From the human T2T-CHM13v2.0 reference genome, Homo sapiens: 64,000 nt of DNA. This document shows, piece by piece, positions 26,485 to 40,030 of this stretch. A program made the translations under genes and the position numbers. The stretch's first letter is position 1; each line of letters begins with the position of its first letter. The notes under the pieces were generated by a model. That model worked only from the letters and a program-made list of their open reading frames with translations. It had not been told where the DNA came from and searched no databases. The stretch lies in NCBI RefSeq assembly GCF_009914755.1, contig NC_060946.1; one strand, given 5' to 3'.

Positions 26485-29400
26485 CGATTTTTATTATATA
26501 TATATAATTTTTATTATATATAATAAATAAATAAATAAATAAATATATATATATATATTTCCCATGGTTGGGGATATTCGTTCAAGTTCATGGTGAGAAT
26601 TCTAATCTGAGAGTGTTTTGCAGTTTTCAAAAGCTCAGGCCCAGTTACTCTCCCATTTCATCCTTAGAATAACCCTTAGCTGAAATTGCTATTATTTTTC
26701 CAGTTTTATAAATGAGATACAGGATGGAATAACACAGAGGGGAAAGGACTGGCTCAAGATCACCCAGCCAGGAAGTGACAGAACCAGCATTCTGAGCCAG
26801 CTACGCCTGGCTCTGACTACCGGCTATTTCCAACACCCTTCTCCTGGGCCTCAGTGTCCCCATCTGCACTAAATAGGGCTTATTCTTGATCATCTCCATG
26901 GCTCCTTCTCATCTGAACTTTTGATGACTCTGCTTCAGGATCAAATATTTGCAAAATCCAGCTCAATATGGGGCCTTGACTTCTGGAACTGAAAACGCGA
27001 ACAAAGTCAGCTGAGACTTTGCCAAAATGGGAGAAATTGGCCCAGACCCACTCCATCACACACTGATCATGGCACCTGCAGGGAAGGTCAGGCAATCAGA
27101 CAGGAGAGGAAGGGAAAATGAGATACCAGAGCAATGAGCTTACAGCCATTTTAGGGCTTTGGGGAAAAAAAGTCACAATTAATATGAAATATTCTGGGAG
27201 AATGGAAACTTATAAACAAAAATCATCAGAAAGCTCCTTGCTTAGGAAGACCATACTTAACATTTAGCTCAAACAGTTCTAACCATCTCTCTCACATATG
27301 TGTTTATAGATGAAGAGCCATGGTTTTCAGACATGGCAGCCCCCTCATGTCCCATCATGGTTTGACTTATGCCCTTGGATGAATTCCTTCTTGTGCTCAT
27401 AAGTGGCCATCTGATGTTCGTGGTGTCAGAATATTCCAGTACTTAAATACAGCGCAATATGTCAAACTAGTGCCTTAGTGATGGATCTTTCCATAGTTTT
27501 CAAATGCTTGCTGTTATGATCAACCCAAAACTGAAATGAGATTTAGATGAAAGATATTGTAGGTACAGATCGCAATATAAATGTGTGTATAGGTAACTAG
27601 ATTGATATTTAAAGAAGATTTTAACCACTGGTATCAGATTTTACCTTACACTGAGGACTGGCTTTTGGCGGGGGGTCAATGTCTTAACAGCTGATCAATT
27701 TTAAGGTGAAAGGTGGAGCCTGAGATTCTCTCTTTAACTTATGGGGCCCAACCTAGGCCGAATGGCAGGTACAGAGTGGGTTCTCTGTAATCATCACTTT
27801 CTCCTTTTTTCTTATTCCAGCCTCCCTTTGGAGACAACAAAGAGGCAGCTCTCATTGAATAATTCATTCAAAAATTCAAACAAGGACTTCACACCTCCCA
27901 TGTGCCAGATTCTATTCTGCATTTGGGATGTAGCCATAAAGAAGGCAGGGCCTTCACTTCCAAGGGGCTTGCAGGCGAGGGAAAAACGCCCAGATGAACC
28001 TTGAGGTGGGGTTGAGCTGTGGTGTGAAGAGTTCATTCAAAGAGGCACGCACAAGGTCAAGGGTGACGGATGCTGCTTGGAGGTTTTGGGGGGTAGGTGG
28101 CAATGGCCAGTGAACACCTTCTAGTGGAGGAGACGCCAAAGCTGGGCTGGGCGGGAGTGGGTGGTGATAGGAATTTTCGGGAGGAAAGTGCATCTCAGAG
28201 AGATGGAAGAAAGTGGTAAATGCAGGGGACTAAGGGAAAGGGAAAGTGGCCAGGCACAGTAGCTCCTTTGCAAGTGGCAGGTGAGCAGGGCCCCCATGGT
28301 TCATTACATTCAGTAATGGAGGCAAAAATAAGATACTCACAGGAGCTGGGCTGGGAATAGATGGTGAACAGGAGTCACCCATCCTGTTTCCAGGGCCCGC
28401 TGGTGCCAGGCACCAGTGAAGGATGTCCCATGAGGGTGTGGGTTACATGTGGTCAGCTCCCGTCATTTCTCAGGAGGTGGTGAAAATCACAACTTTGATG
28501 CGAACACCTCCTTATTTTTAAATGTTGGCAAAGGATTCGATATAAAAAAATGCACTGAAATTTTACAACTACTGTAAAAACAACCCCCCACCCCCCAACC
28601 GCCGGCCCCACCCCCAGCCCTCACCTCTATCCTAAAATGCGGTTTGGCTACACAGAAGGCATCCAGGGAGATAATTCTCCCAACAGGGACCCAGTTGGCC
28701 AGCTCATTCCTGACACTTCCCCAGGGATTTGTGACATTAAAAGACACTCTCCAAATATAAGCTTCAAAAAAGAGACCTCCCCCCCTTCCATGTGGCTGGG
28801 TTTATTTTTAAAGCGAGGCTTCCTTGTCTGTGTTCAACTCGATGGGTGGAGAAAATAATTAGAATTGATTTCTCTGCACCCACTCAGGAATAGAATAGGA
28901 GGCAACTTTAGTATCTATACACAGGAGAAGAGAGGAGAAAAAAAAAAAAAGAAAGAAACTTCCTTCCAATCCGTGTCTAATTCCTTGGATAGTCTTCTCA
29001 CTCCTTGGACTGTTTTAGTGGTGCCTTTTGATTACAACATTGCTTTGAAGAGACACTAATTGTACCCTGCTTACAATGCTTGTAATTATGCGTATTACAT
29101 TTTGATTCATTTCCATATGTCAACACCACTACGAGATGGGGCGGGGGGGCGGTGGGTGGCTGAGAACCGCTTTTATAATCGGTTATTGTCTATGAAAAAA
29201 AATCTGCACAGAACATGAGTGAAGTGTTCTTTGTTGAAATTGGAAATAAGATTATACATAAAAGTCGTCCTCTGACATCCAGAAAATGGACAGTTTAAAA
29301 TAAATTGCAGCTGCTGATCAACAAGATTGCTAGCTCCCCTTTTCCCTTTTACGTTAATGAGGGAAATACTTTTCAAGCTTCTAATAGCAATATGTTCAAG

Positions 29401-29638
29401 TGTGTCATTTCAATCGCTTTCTTCTTAATAAAAGATGACCCCAATATTCCCCCCTTAGTGGAAGACATTGTCCTACCCAGACATATTTGTGATTTGAGGC
29501 TCCCCGTGGAAAAGAAAAGAAGGAAAGAGTAAGGAGAGGAGGGGAGTCCCAGGAAAAGAGAATGACAAGGTTTCCTAAGGGTTCCTAAGCTTGCAGAAAG
29601 AGAGTATCCTAGTAAGAAACAGAATTGGAGCCCCTATG

Positions 29639-29800
29639 CACGTGCCTGTAGTCCCAGCTATTCGGGAGGCTGAGGCAGGAGAATCGCTTGAACCTGGGAG
29701 GCGGAGGTTGCGTGAGCCGAGATCGCGCCACTGCGCTCCAGCCTGGGCGACAGAGCGAGACTCCATCTCAAAAAAAACAAAAAACAAAAAACAAAAAAAA
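29639..29800 (+). mobile_element. 5'-truncated Alu (right monomer) with an 18-bp TSD
   Basis: TSD agaattggagcc[c/t]ctatg at 29621 and 29801; CpG-rich body. Confidence 0.95.
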
Positions 29801-30198
29801 AGAATTGGAGCCTCTATGGTCTGAAGGGAGGTAACTCTGAACCAAATAATACATAAATAGTCCAAACACAAAAGTAGCCTGTAAAAGCCTGCGTGTAGGT
29901 AGGCGTCGCTTCCTGCTGAAGGCTTTTCCTGAGCACAGATACCTTTCATGCCTGAGATGAAAGGACATCTACTTCTTAGCCCACATTTCCACATGGAGGC
30001 CAGAGCAGGTTGTTGCCTGCAACTCTGGACCCTGGAAGGTGCTGAAGGTTAGCTCGGGATTGCAAATCTTGAAGGTGCGAGTGAACAGAGGGGTGAGGGC
30101 TTTGAAGCAGGATTTGCAAAGGGCTTGGGGAGGGCGTGGCTGAAAGGAAAGGACATGGGTTCAGGGTGGCCCTCTCATATCACCACTTATGCGCTGAG

Positions 30199-30595
30199 TG
30201 TTCTGGCCAAATCGCGCCCCCCTCCCAATTCGTATGTTGAAACTTTAACTAACTCCCTCGAGTAACTGTATTTAGAGAGAGGATCTTTTAAAAGGTAATT
30301 AAGTTAAAATGAGGTCTTTGAGGTGGATCCTAGTCTAATCTGATTGATGTTTTTTTTAAGAGACGAGCATGTACAGGAAGCACCCGGGCTGTGCACACAC
30401 AGGAAAGACCACGTGAGGACCCAGCGAGAAGGCGGCCATCCCCAAGCCAAGGAGAAAGGCCTCAAGAACAAACAAATCTGCCAACACCTTGATTTTGAAC
30501 TTCCAGCCTCCTGAACTGTGGAAAAATAAGTTTCTGCTGTTGAAGCCTCTGAGGCAGTGGTATTTTCTTATGGAAGCCCCAGCAGACCCCTATGT
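30199..30595 (+). mobile_element. MaLR solo LTR (MLT1A-like)
   Basis: aattcgtatgttgaa...aaggtaattaagttaaaatgagg...cttccagcctcctgaactgtg. Confidence 0.85.
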
Positions 30596-31599
30596 GACTT
30601 GGTAGCCCCATCTGTGACTGGAGAAGGTGAAGTCCACCGGCCCTGGTGCTGGGAGAATCACACTGGATGCTGAGACTGGGCCTCACTAAGCTCACAGGTG
30701 GGAGATTCTGGGTAAAGAGGTGGAATTTGTGTCACAGTCAATCAACGTGTTCAGTGACAATAATAACAGAAACTACCGTTCATTGAGTCTTTGAGTGTTC
30801 GCCTTGAGCCCGTGTTACACAAGGGCTTCCTCCCTTAATCCCTCCTCCCTGTGAAGTGGGTGACTGTTGTCCATACTCAAGGCGGGAATCTCATAAGTGG
30901 CCAACTGGGATTTGAAACCATTTCAGCTTACACTGGCTCTTTGTAGTTTAGTATCTCTTGGGCTGAGGTGTGAAAACTGTTCGGACCTTTTCCCCTGCCA
31001 ATTGAAAAAACAAACAAGTGTGAAATGGGGCAGCCCCTCTTCAGTCTCCTCCCCATCCCCCATGCCGCCTTCCACCTCCCAGGCACTGAATGTCTTCCTT
31101 TTGATTCCCGAACCACCACAATGGGAATCCAACATTTTCCCTCGCCTGGAGTTTGGAATCCAGGCTCTGAGCAGAGGTGAATTTCTGATCTGTAACATTC
31201 CTGAGAGTGTATCATTTTGGGAAGCGCAGCTGCACAGTGAGCATCCGTGGTGAGCTTTGCATGCTTTGGGGGCACAAATGTGGTGTTTTGCAATTTGGTC
31301 TTTTCACAGGACCGCACGTGGCTTTCAGCCTCCTGCCCTGTCACTGTGTGGGACAGCCTCTGGGGTCTTTGCTCTCTGGGATCAGCTGGCCCTGCTGAGA
31401 GCCTCAGCTAAACATTCACAGTAACAGTATGGTCTCCCCCTTAAGCTGTGCTTTGAATAAAGAAAGAGACACCCTCAAAGATGTCCTACAGGCAGTGAGA
31501 AAGACATCCCCCCAGCCAAGCACTGATCTGTGAATTTGTTCTCAGCAGTCCTGGCTGTCTCCTATGAACTCCAGCCCCCAGCCTATGGCTACTAACATT

Positions 31600-31815
31600 A
31601 CTGAATAACAGCAGCTAGCCTTCACTGTTGTGCAGGTCTGTGCTAGAACCTTAGACTCAACAGAATGTGTAAGGGGAGAGGCGAGGATCCCTGTTTTACA
31701 AAGGAGAAGACTGAGGCTCCGAGAGACATAGCAACATGTGAAGGTCACACAGGAGCATAGGGGAGCTGAGCTGGGATTTGAACCCAGGTCTGTCTGACTC
31801 CAAAGCCCATGCTCC
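31600..31815 (-). mobile_element. MIR SINE
   Basis: gttttacaaaggagaagactgaggctc...gggatttgaacccaggtctgtctgactccaaagccc. Confidence 0.85.
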
Positions 31816-32519
31816 AAATTGTTGGGCTGCTCTGCCATTGGATGCCTCTCTGCCTGGAACCTGCATGCAAACCCCACTTGGGCAGGGAGCCTCCTGTTCC
31901 AGTTGGTCCTGACCTTTCCACCAGTTTCCCACAGACTCCAGGGCCATCCTTTCAAGTGTCTGTGCCCTGGCTGCTCTTGGATTCTCATTTTGCTGCCTCT
32001 GTCTCCTCTGTGGTCACAATGTGGACAGGACATCCCTGGGCCTTAAGGCCCCTGACCTCACCCCATCTTGATAGAGACCTGCAGGAGTTCCAGCACTGTC
32101 CTCCAGCTGGCTTTTGGCCTCTGCCTCATCTGTGTTTTTTCAACTTGTGATCCTTCATATCTCGTTTTGCCTGCAGCTTCTATGCTAATGTGTATTGATT
32201 GGGTTCCACCTCGCCTCCACCATCCCCAGGCATTGCTGGGGAGGACAGAAGGGCCTCGGTGGTGCCTTGAGCACCACAAGTTCAGGATCCATTCTGTTTC
32301 ATTCATCTCTGAGCCTCTCTGCCCTCCTTCAGTCCTGATTCATGCCTAACAAATAGAAGCTCAGCTTACACTGTTGTTATTATCCATTCATTCCTGCCAC
32401 AGCACCTACTCTATGCCAGACAGTGGATTACATGCTACGGATACTGCAGGGGCCAAAAGAGATAGATATCCCTTTCTTCATGGAGCTTCTATTCTAGTGG
32501 AAGGATGGTGATGAGGAAT

Positions 32520-32632
32520 AGAAAGTAGGGAAGAAGGAGGAGGAGTAGGAGAAAGAAGAGGAAGAGGAGAGGGAGAGTGAGAAGGAGGAAGAAGAGAAAA
32601 GGGAGAACAGAGGAGGGAGAAAGAGAAGAGAG
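32520..32632 (+). repeat. Polypurine tract
   Basis: Direct inspection. Confidence 0.85.
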
Positions 32633-33439
32633 ACTTTTGCATAGAAATATCACAGACTATCAAAAATTAGAAAATGTCCACAGATATTGCCTTGTTCTTC
32701 AGTTATTCCTCTCTTTTCTATTACCTTATCTTACTGGGTTTTCTGTCAACATTGAGTCCATACAACATGTTTAACCATTAAAAAAAAAAAAACTCAGAGT
32801 TTCTGGACTTGATAAGGTGGAAACCATGGTCTGGCCTAAATGATTAATTTTACCAATGGGGAAGTTGAAGCCCAGAGAGGGTGAGTGACTTGTCCAAGGT
32901 CACAGTGTATGAGGGACAGAGTGGAGACTGGGATTCTGGGATGTCTTCTTTTCCTGTAAGTGTAGATTCTCAGGAAGTAATACCCCACAGCAATGTCAGA
33001 GGGGAGGGCCCCAGGCAATGCTTGAAGACTTATACCCCACAGCCCTCCTGGGACTTCAGCCCTGATTATGGAGGACAGTTCCAGACAGCTTCGACTTGGG
33101 CCATGGTGCCCACTTCATGCACAAGCTGGGAGGCTTTTTGCTTTTTGCCTGGGACAACCATGGGAGTACCAACCCATAGAAGAACTGGCCCCACGGTCAA
33201 CCCTCAATGATAGGGTCCTGGAGTTGGGATTCAACTCCCCACTGTCTGATCCCTGGATGATCAATTCTGAGAGGTACCCAAGGAATAGAACCCACATTCG
33301 CAGCAGTGACCATGACCATCTCCCTAAAATTGGTCTTTCCTCCTCCCCATTTCTCTCTCCCTGTTCCCACACTCCTGTTTCCCCAGCATCATCCTTTGAA
33401 TAAGCCACTTGCATCCCAGCCCAAGTCTACAATTCAGGA

Positions 33440-33905
33440 TTCATCCACCCAACAGATATTCAAGTGTCCACTGCATGTGAGACTCTCTTCTAGGCAGTGT
33501 GGCCACGGCAGTTGGCAAAAAGGTGCAGATTCCAGCCCTTGCTGAACAGACATCAAATAAGTTGATGCCCTTTAAATAAAATTTAAAATAAAATTTAAAT
33601 AAAATGCATAATACGCTAAATGATGCTACCAGCTAAAAGCAAAATAAAGCCAAGTTAGAAGGCTGGAGAGTAACAGAAGATGCTACTTTGGAGAGGTGGT
33701 CAGGAAAGGCCTCTCTGAGAAGAAGTCATTTGGACAGAGACCAGAGGAGAGGGAGACAGGGAGCCATGAGGCTATCTGGAGGATGTTCTAGGCAGAGGGG
33801 AAAATAAATGCAAACAGGCAGAGGTGGGGGTTCCTGGACAATGAGGAGAAGACCAAGGTAGGGTGGCTGGAAGCTAATGAGCAAAGTGAGAGTGATGAGA
33901 GAGGT
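33440..33905 (-). mobile_element. L2 LINE fragment
   Basis: gtggtcaggaaaggcctctctgagaag...ggagccatg...ttctaggcagagggg. Confidence 0.8.
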
Positions 33906-34029
33906 GAGAAAACCTGGTGTCAGAGAGGGAAGTAATCCCCAAGGTCACACTGTAGGGCTAGGAGTTGAACCCTTTTCCCTCTGAGTCTTTCCTCCACAGC
34001 ATGCCAAGCATGGCCTTCAAAAATGTTGA

Positions 34030-34650
34030 GAGGAAAAGAGAAGAAATGAGAGAGGGAGGAATGGGAGAAGGGAGATAAAGAAGGGAAAAGGGAAGGAGGG
34101 AGAGAGCAAGGAAGGAAGGAAGGGAAATAGGAAGGAAGGAGGAAGGGAAGGAAGGAAGGAAAGAAGGAAGGAAGGAAGGAAAGAAGGAAGGAAAAGGGAA
34201 GGGAGGGAAAGGGGGAGGGAGGAAAGGAGGGAGAAAAGATAGATGGATAACAGATATATGGATGGATGGATGGATGGATGGATGGAAAGAAGAAAGGAAG
34301 AAAAGAAGGAATGAAGGAGGAAAGAAGAAAAATGAAAGGGAGAGAGGAAGGAAGAAAGAAAAGCTGGATGGATAATGGATATATGAATGAATGGATGGAT
34401 AATGTATATATGAATGGATGGATGGATGAATAAATGGAAAGAAGAAAGAGAGGAATGAAGGTAAAAGAAAGAAGGAAGGAGAGTAAGAAGAAAAGATGAA
34501 TGGATGGATAATATATGGGTGGATGGATGATGATAGAAGATGGATGGATGGATGGATGGATGATTAATAGATAAAACAATGGATGGATGGATGGATGGAA
34601 AGAAGACAGAAAAGAAAGAAAGGAGGGAAACAGGAAGGGAGGGAGGGAGA
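34030..34650 (+). repeat. Compound low-complexity array of alternating (GGAA)-rich and (GGAT)-rich blocks
   Basis: Direct inspection. Confidence 0.95.
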
Positions 34651-37193
34651 ATGGATTCTTTATGTATTTAACCTCCAGGTTTCCTAGACTAAATCTGGCT
34701 TCTGGAGTGTCAGGGGCTGTACTCCACCTACCCCATTGTTTCTCTGCATCCCGCACTCCACCCATCCATGCTGTTGAGCTCACTGAGCCCTCTCCCCAGA
34801 AAGGTAATTCTACCCTCTAATTACAGCACTTGTAAAAGTAGCGGAGGGGCTCATTCTTCAGAAATAAATCAATACAAGTTAAAAGGCCATCCTGTTTGTT
34901 TCTGTAACAATGCTCTTTAGAAAATTGGGTGCTGTTCCATTTGCTGACGGGTACCCCATCCGTCATCGGCAGCCCGAGTCACATCACATTATGTTGCCAA
35001 ACATAATATAGCATGATCAGGAAGATGCATCAAGTTGGAGATTGGCAGGAAAATGAATTTAGCAAAGCGATCTCACTTGAGAAAATATCGAAAGCCAAGA
35101 AAGAGGAAGAGCTTAGACGAAGTTTTCATAATCAGAGGTGATATTTAGAAAGCTCCATCATGCGAGAATCTCAAGACCAAGAAAATCACAGCAATAACAA
35201 TATATAATAAGAAGAACATTAATATTTAGAAGAAAAGGAAGGACAAAACCATCACAAGTGTTCCCTCCACCGAGACACACTATAGCCATGTGACAAGTTT
35301 TGTTATTCCCGCTTTGCGGTAAGAGAGCTCCTGCTCAAAGAGGTTAGGTGAGTTCTCCAAAGTCATACAGCTATTAAGCAGCAGAGCCAGGATTTGAAGT
35401 CAGATCTGCTGATGCTGGAACCGGGAGCACCAAGATGTATGGATGGGCAAGGGCAAGTTTCCCAATTAGCAAAAAACATTGCACTTGATTTTGTGTGAAA
35501 GGCCCGGAAGCTGACCAAAAGCATCAGACGGCACAGATGTCATCCATCTTTGCCAAGGAGGGATGGCTTGCCTGTATGTGCCTTCCAGCCTTGTGGTCCT
35601 CTGGGTCTATACATAAGTGGCACCAGGACTGTGTTGATTACTTGGAGGCCAACTGCCTTCATTCTAGGAAACCTAAAACTCTGCCTGGGGCTGGTATTTC
35701 TGTGGTTGCTGAGTAGGGATCTGACTTTGTAGCAAGGGTAGGAAGGTACAAGATCAACAAGCACTTTTCCTACTTATGACTCCAGCTGGGGCCTAGCTCT
35801 GCTCAAGCCAGGGCTTGGAGGAAGGTGAAGGCTCTGCTCTGCCCTTCTTCTGTCATGGCTGAGCGGTTTCTTTCTAGACTCCCTTGGCCCGTCCTTTCTG
35901 GCTGATCCAAGCTGGTGAGATGGGCGTGTGAATTTCAGTCCCTCCAAGGGGACTTGAGCAATTACTCTGACTAGGGGAATGAGGCTCAGTTTTTGCACTG
36001 GACGATCACAGGGCAGAATACTTGTAAACAGAAATAATGTGCTTTCCTTTTTTTGTGAACACTCTAATATCTCAATGGCTGAACACAGTACCAGACTCAC
36101 AGTGGGGTTCAATAATTGGCAAATCATATTGTTGCTACAGTGTGGAATGTTCAACGGCAGAAGCAGGAAGAAGAGAATAATTAACCAAGCTGGGAGGAAG
36201 TGGTGAGTTTCAAGTTGGGTTTTGAGGGATGCATAAGAGTTTGATGACAGGCAGACCTATTAGAAGTAAAGACATTCCTGGAAAAGAGGTTAATGGACAG
36301 AAAGGCTGGAAGTTATGGTGTGTTTGGGGAATAATGTAATTGAGGAAGGGAGTATTCTCTGGTTTTTCAGGTAGAGTTGGAGGAGGGATAAGAGATAAAT
36401 TATGAAACCCTCTTAGTAGGTACCAAGCCAGTCCATCCATGGGCAACACTACAAAGAGGGTGTAGGTGCCATATATAACACTTCATATTTCCCTAAATCT
36501 GAAGATAATTAACTAGGATGTGCAAATATATTGGACTTTAATGATTATTTTTTCCTTTCTACCCTACTTTCTTTCAAATGATAGGAGACAGAGTCCAGAT
36601 TTTAGGACATAAAACTGTCCTGAGGTTCTTGTGGAAATGCAGATTCCTGGGCCCATTCCCAGAGGCTTAGACCACACCTGAAGAGATACTGCTGCCTGCA
36701 GACCTTGAGCGAGGGCCCCCTAGAGAGAAAATTCTTTATCCTGTAGCAGCCACACCAGGGGTTTGAAGCCACTGATAGACACTCCCCAAGGAGGCACCAT
36801 CGTTTTAAGTCTGGAAGAAGGGAGGAGGGGTGGCGGCTTTCGATTTCATAGCAAGTATCTCGTGAAATCACAATGGCATAGTTTGCTGCACACCCATAGC
36901 GGTGCCTTATTAAAAAAAGATCATCAGGGCCCTTGAAATTGATCATAAACTATTTCCATCAATGTCACACACAACCATGTTTGGGGAAGTTTGCTGGCAC
37001 ATCTGCTAAACTGAAGGGCTTTGGGGTTTGAGAACAAACAAATAATAAATAAATGACTATATAATAAAATGAAGATGGGGGGACAATACCCTTTGAGTTG
37101 GGAGATAAGAAATCTTAAGAGAAAGGAAAATGATGTACCAGCGTTGTGTGTGCCCAATATCAAACTTGCGGGAATGCCCAGTGAGTGATGCAA

Positions 37194-37232
37194 GAATGAA
37201 TGAATGAATGAATGAATGAATGAATGAATGAA
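37194..37232 (+). repeat. (GAAT)n, probably an L2 tail
   Basis: Direct inspection. Confidence 0.9.
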
Positions 37233-38989
37233 GAATAGCATATTTAAAGGACAATCTGAAGGCAACTGTACCTAGAGCAGGAGCTTAAAAAGAACTCCAT
37301 TCCCAGTCTCTTGTGGTTGATTTCAGTAGTTGGATATTCTCAGTGTTAAAATGAATTACAAGTTTGGGTATCCCCATGTTACCCTCCTGAGCAACTGCCT
37401 GCCTATTGAGAAGAGAGAGATGATATAAAATAAGAAAACCGACTTAAAGAAGAGAATTCCCATTGGTAGAATAGGAAGGGCCTTTGGCTGGCATTCATTC
37501 ACTGTACAGATGGGCAAATGGGTCAAGCAAGACTCAGAGAGGAGAAATGTTCACTCAAAGTCACATTGTGCTAGAAACCAAGTCTCCAAATTCCTAATCC
37601 AGTATATCTTTTTTGTTTTTAACCTCACGCAGAGAGGATCCAATGAAGTAAAGCGTTCCATATCAAGTTTTTAGAACTATCTGGGGTGCACAGAGGAGCT
37701 GACAGCAGGCATAGCTATCATAGCTACTTGTGCCACCTTTGGATCTTAAGCAAGACACATGTGTAGACTGATCCTATGTTTGTTGGCACGTGAAAAAATA
37801 TAAAGCAAGGGACACTTGCAATTGTCAGCGTGGTTCTAAGTGGCCACAGTATTCAGCAAGTCTTGCGGAAGGTTCAGGCTCTGGAGGCCATAGCAGAAGA
37901 GAAGACCAGAGCGGGTCCTGCCCTTGTGTCCTTTACCTCCCGCACCATCAGCACCACTCCTCTGTGCCTGGATGCCTCTTCCGTGCTTGTAAGCTTTGCG
38001 AATTCCTGCAGATGCTTAAGTGCCATCTCAAATACTCTCTACCTAGAGAGTAGTCATTCCCCCTCTTATGATCTGGAAAGACTTGTTCATACATCGATTA
38101 GGGTGTTTTCCACACTGGTCTGTAAGCCTACCCTACACATCTGCCCCACTTCCAGTCTGTGGGCATCTAACACACTGGGATTCCATGGTGCTATGCGTTC
38201 TCAGCACAGGACACATGCCTGGCACATGGTAAGAACTCAACACGAGTTTGTTGCATAAATGGCAGGCATGGTAATAAATCTGATTGCAGCCTGGGGACTG
38301 TCTCTTAACTACAGACCTCGCAAGGCTTCCTAGTGCCTCTTGGCATTGGCTACAATTGTCAGGTCAGCAGAGAAGGCTTTAGCCCTGAAGGACCATCCAG
38401 CCACAGGGGTTCAAGTGATAGAGAGGGCTACAGAGGGCACATCACTGTCCAGCATCTTCTAATGCAGTGTACCCACTCTCTACTAAAATGCAATGAGCCT
38501 CTCATAGAATGTGGCTCCATGAACAACACAGACCTCAGTCTGAGAGGCTAAGGCCTCCTTCTTCATTTCTAGGGAAGGCTGAAGAGGGAGTTCTGGACAT
38601 TGGGACATAGTTCTGTCCCACCAACTATTACCACCATTTTGCAGATGGAAAAACTGAGGCTCAGGGAGGTTAAATAACTTACCCAATGTCACATATTGAG
38701 GAAATGATGGGGCTGCGGAATCAACCCTATGTCCATCTGAATCCAGACATGAACTTTCTGGGCTAAGCAGCACTGTGGGGTGCAGGAGTTGGCAGACTGT
38801 GGCTGGCACCCTGGGAGATGTGTGGCCCTGAGCAGAGCCACAGATGCAGTGGCTACACAGGGTCCTTTCAGTTACTCTCCCCACTGTAGCCTCAGAGTTC
38901 CCACAACCATGTTTGCAGAGCTGCAGGGCCTTCTGGGTACTTGCAACAGCCTAGCCTCCCAAATCTTGGACCTCCTCACCTGTAGGGAC

Positions 38990-39500
38990 ATTTGTCTCCC
39001 TATTAAATATAGAATCATATCCTTCCCCAGCCTACAAGACCCTGCAAGGCTGGCCCTGAAGCCCTCCCCAGCACCCACTCACACCACAACTCATTTTGTT
39101 TGCTGAGGACCAGTTACAGACTCTTAATAGCTCTTGGAGAAATCTATATTCCTTTCCATCGCTTGATTTTCAACCTTCATCTAAGGTTTTCCCACCACTT
39201 GGGAGGCTCTTTTCTTTCCTTTTCATCTACTTAGCTCCTATTCATCCCTCTGATCCTTCCATAAATGCCATTCCCTGATCCCACCTAAGTCAGGCCCCCT
39301 TTTCTAACCTCTCACCACCCCTCATTCTTCTTCTCCGTATCATTTGTCTCCATTTGAATTGTATGTTTATTTGTATGGTTATCTGGTGAATCTGTCTGCT
39401 CTGCTAGACTGTAAGCACCTTGAATGCGGAGACCAGGTCTGGGTTTGCCGTACAGCACAGTGTCTGGCACATAATAGGAGCTCAATAAATATTTGTTGGA
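38990..39500 (+). mobile_element. L2 LINE 3' end
   Basis: ctagactgtaagcaccttgaatgc...cagtgtctggcacataataggagctcaataaatatttgttg. Confidence 0.85.
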
Positions 39501-40030
39501 TGGATAGGTAAATGGAGGGATGGGTGGATTATAACATAGGTGGATGGATGGGTACATGGATGAGATATTGTAGGGTAGGTGGATAGATTGGGTGCATGAA
39601 TGAATAGAGAGATGGATTTCAGGAGATGTGGATAGATGGGTGGATGTTTGGGTGGTTGGGTGGGTAGGCGGGTTGTTGGGTGGATAGATATAGAGACGAA
39701 CTTTAGGAGAGGTGGATGAATGGGAGGATTAATGGATGGATGGATAAGTGGATAGATAAATGGATGTTTCATCTGGGTAGATGAATGGATGGATGGATGG
39801 ATGAAAGGATAGATGGATGGATGACTGGATTAATTTTAGGAGAGATGGATGGACGGATGGATGGATGGATGGTTGGATGGATGGATGGATAAATGTAAAG
39901 ATGTCTAGGTGGGTAGGTTGATGGACAGATGGATAGAGAGATGGATTTTAGGACAGGTGGATGAATAGATAAATGGATGTATGGATTTTATGGTAGGTGT
40001 ATTAATGGGTTCATGCATGGATGGATAAAT
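39498..40030 (+). repeat. Degenerate (GGAT)n array
   Basis: Direct inspection. Confidence 0.92.

Noticed and set aside
33920-34783. Longest ORF (287 aa, - strand), rich in P/S/F/L/H/I
   Set aside because: It is a stop-free reading of the GGAA/GGAT low-complexity array. The same holds for 3218-3766, 6064-6432, 39482-39772 and 46930-47296.
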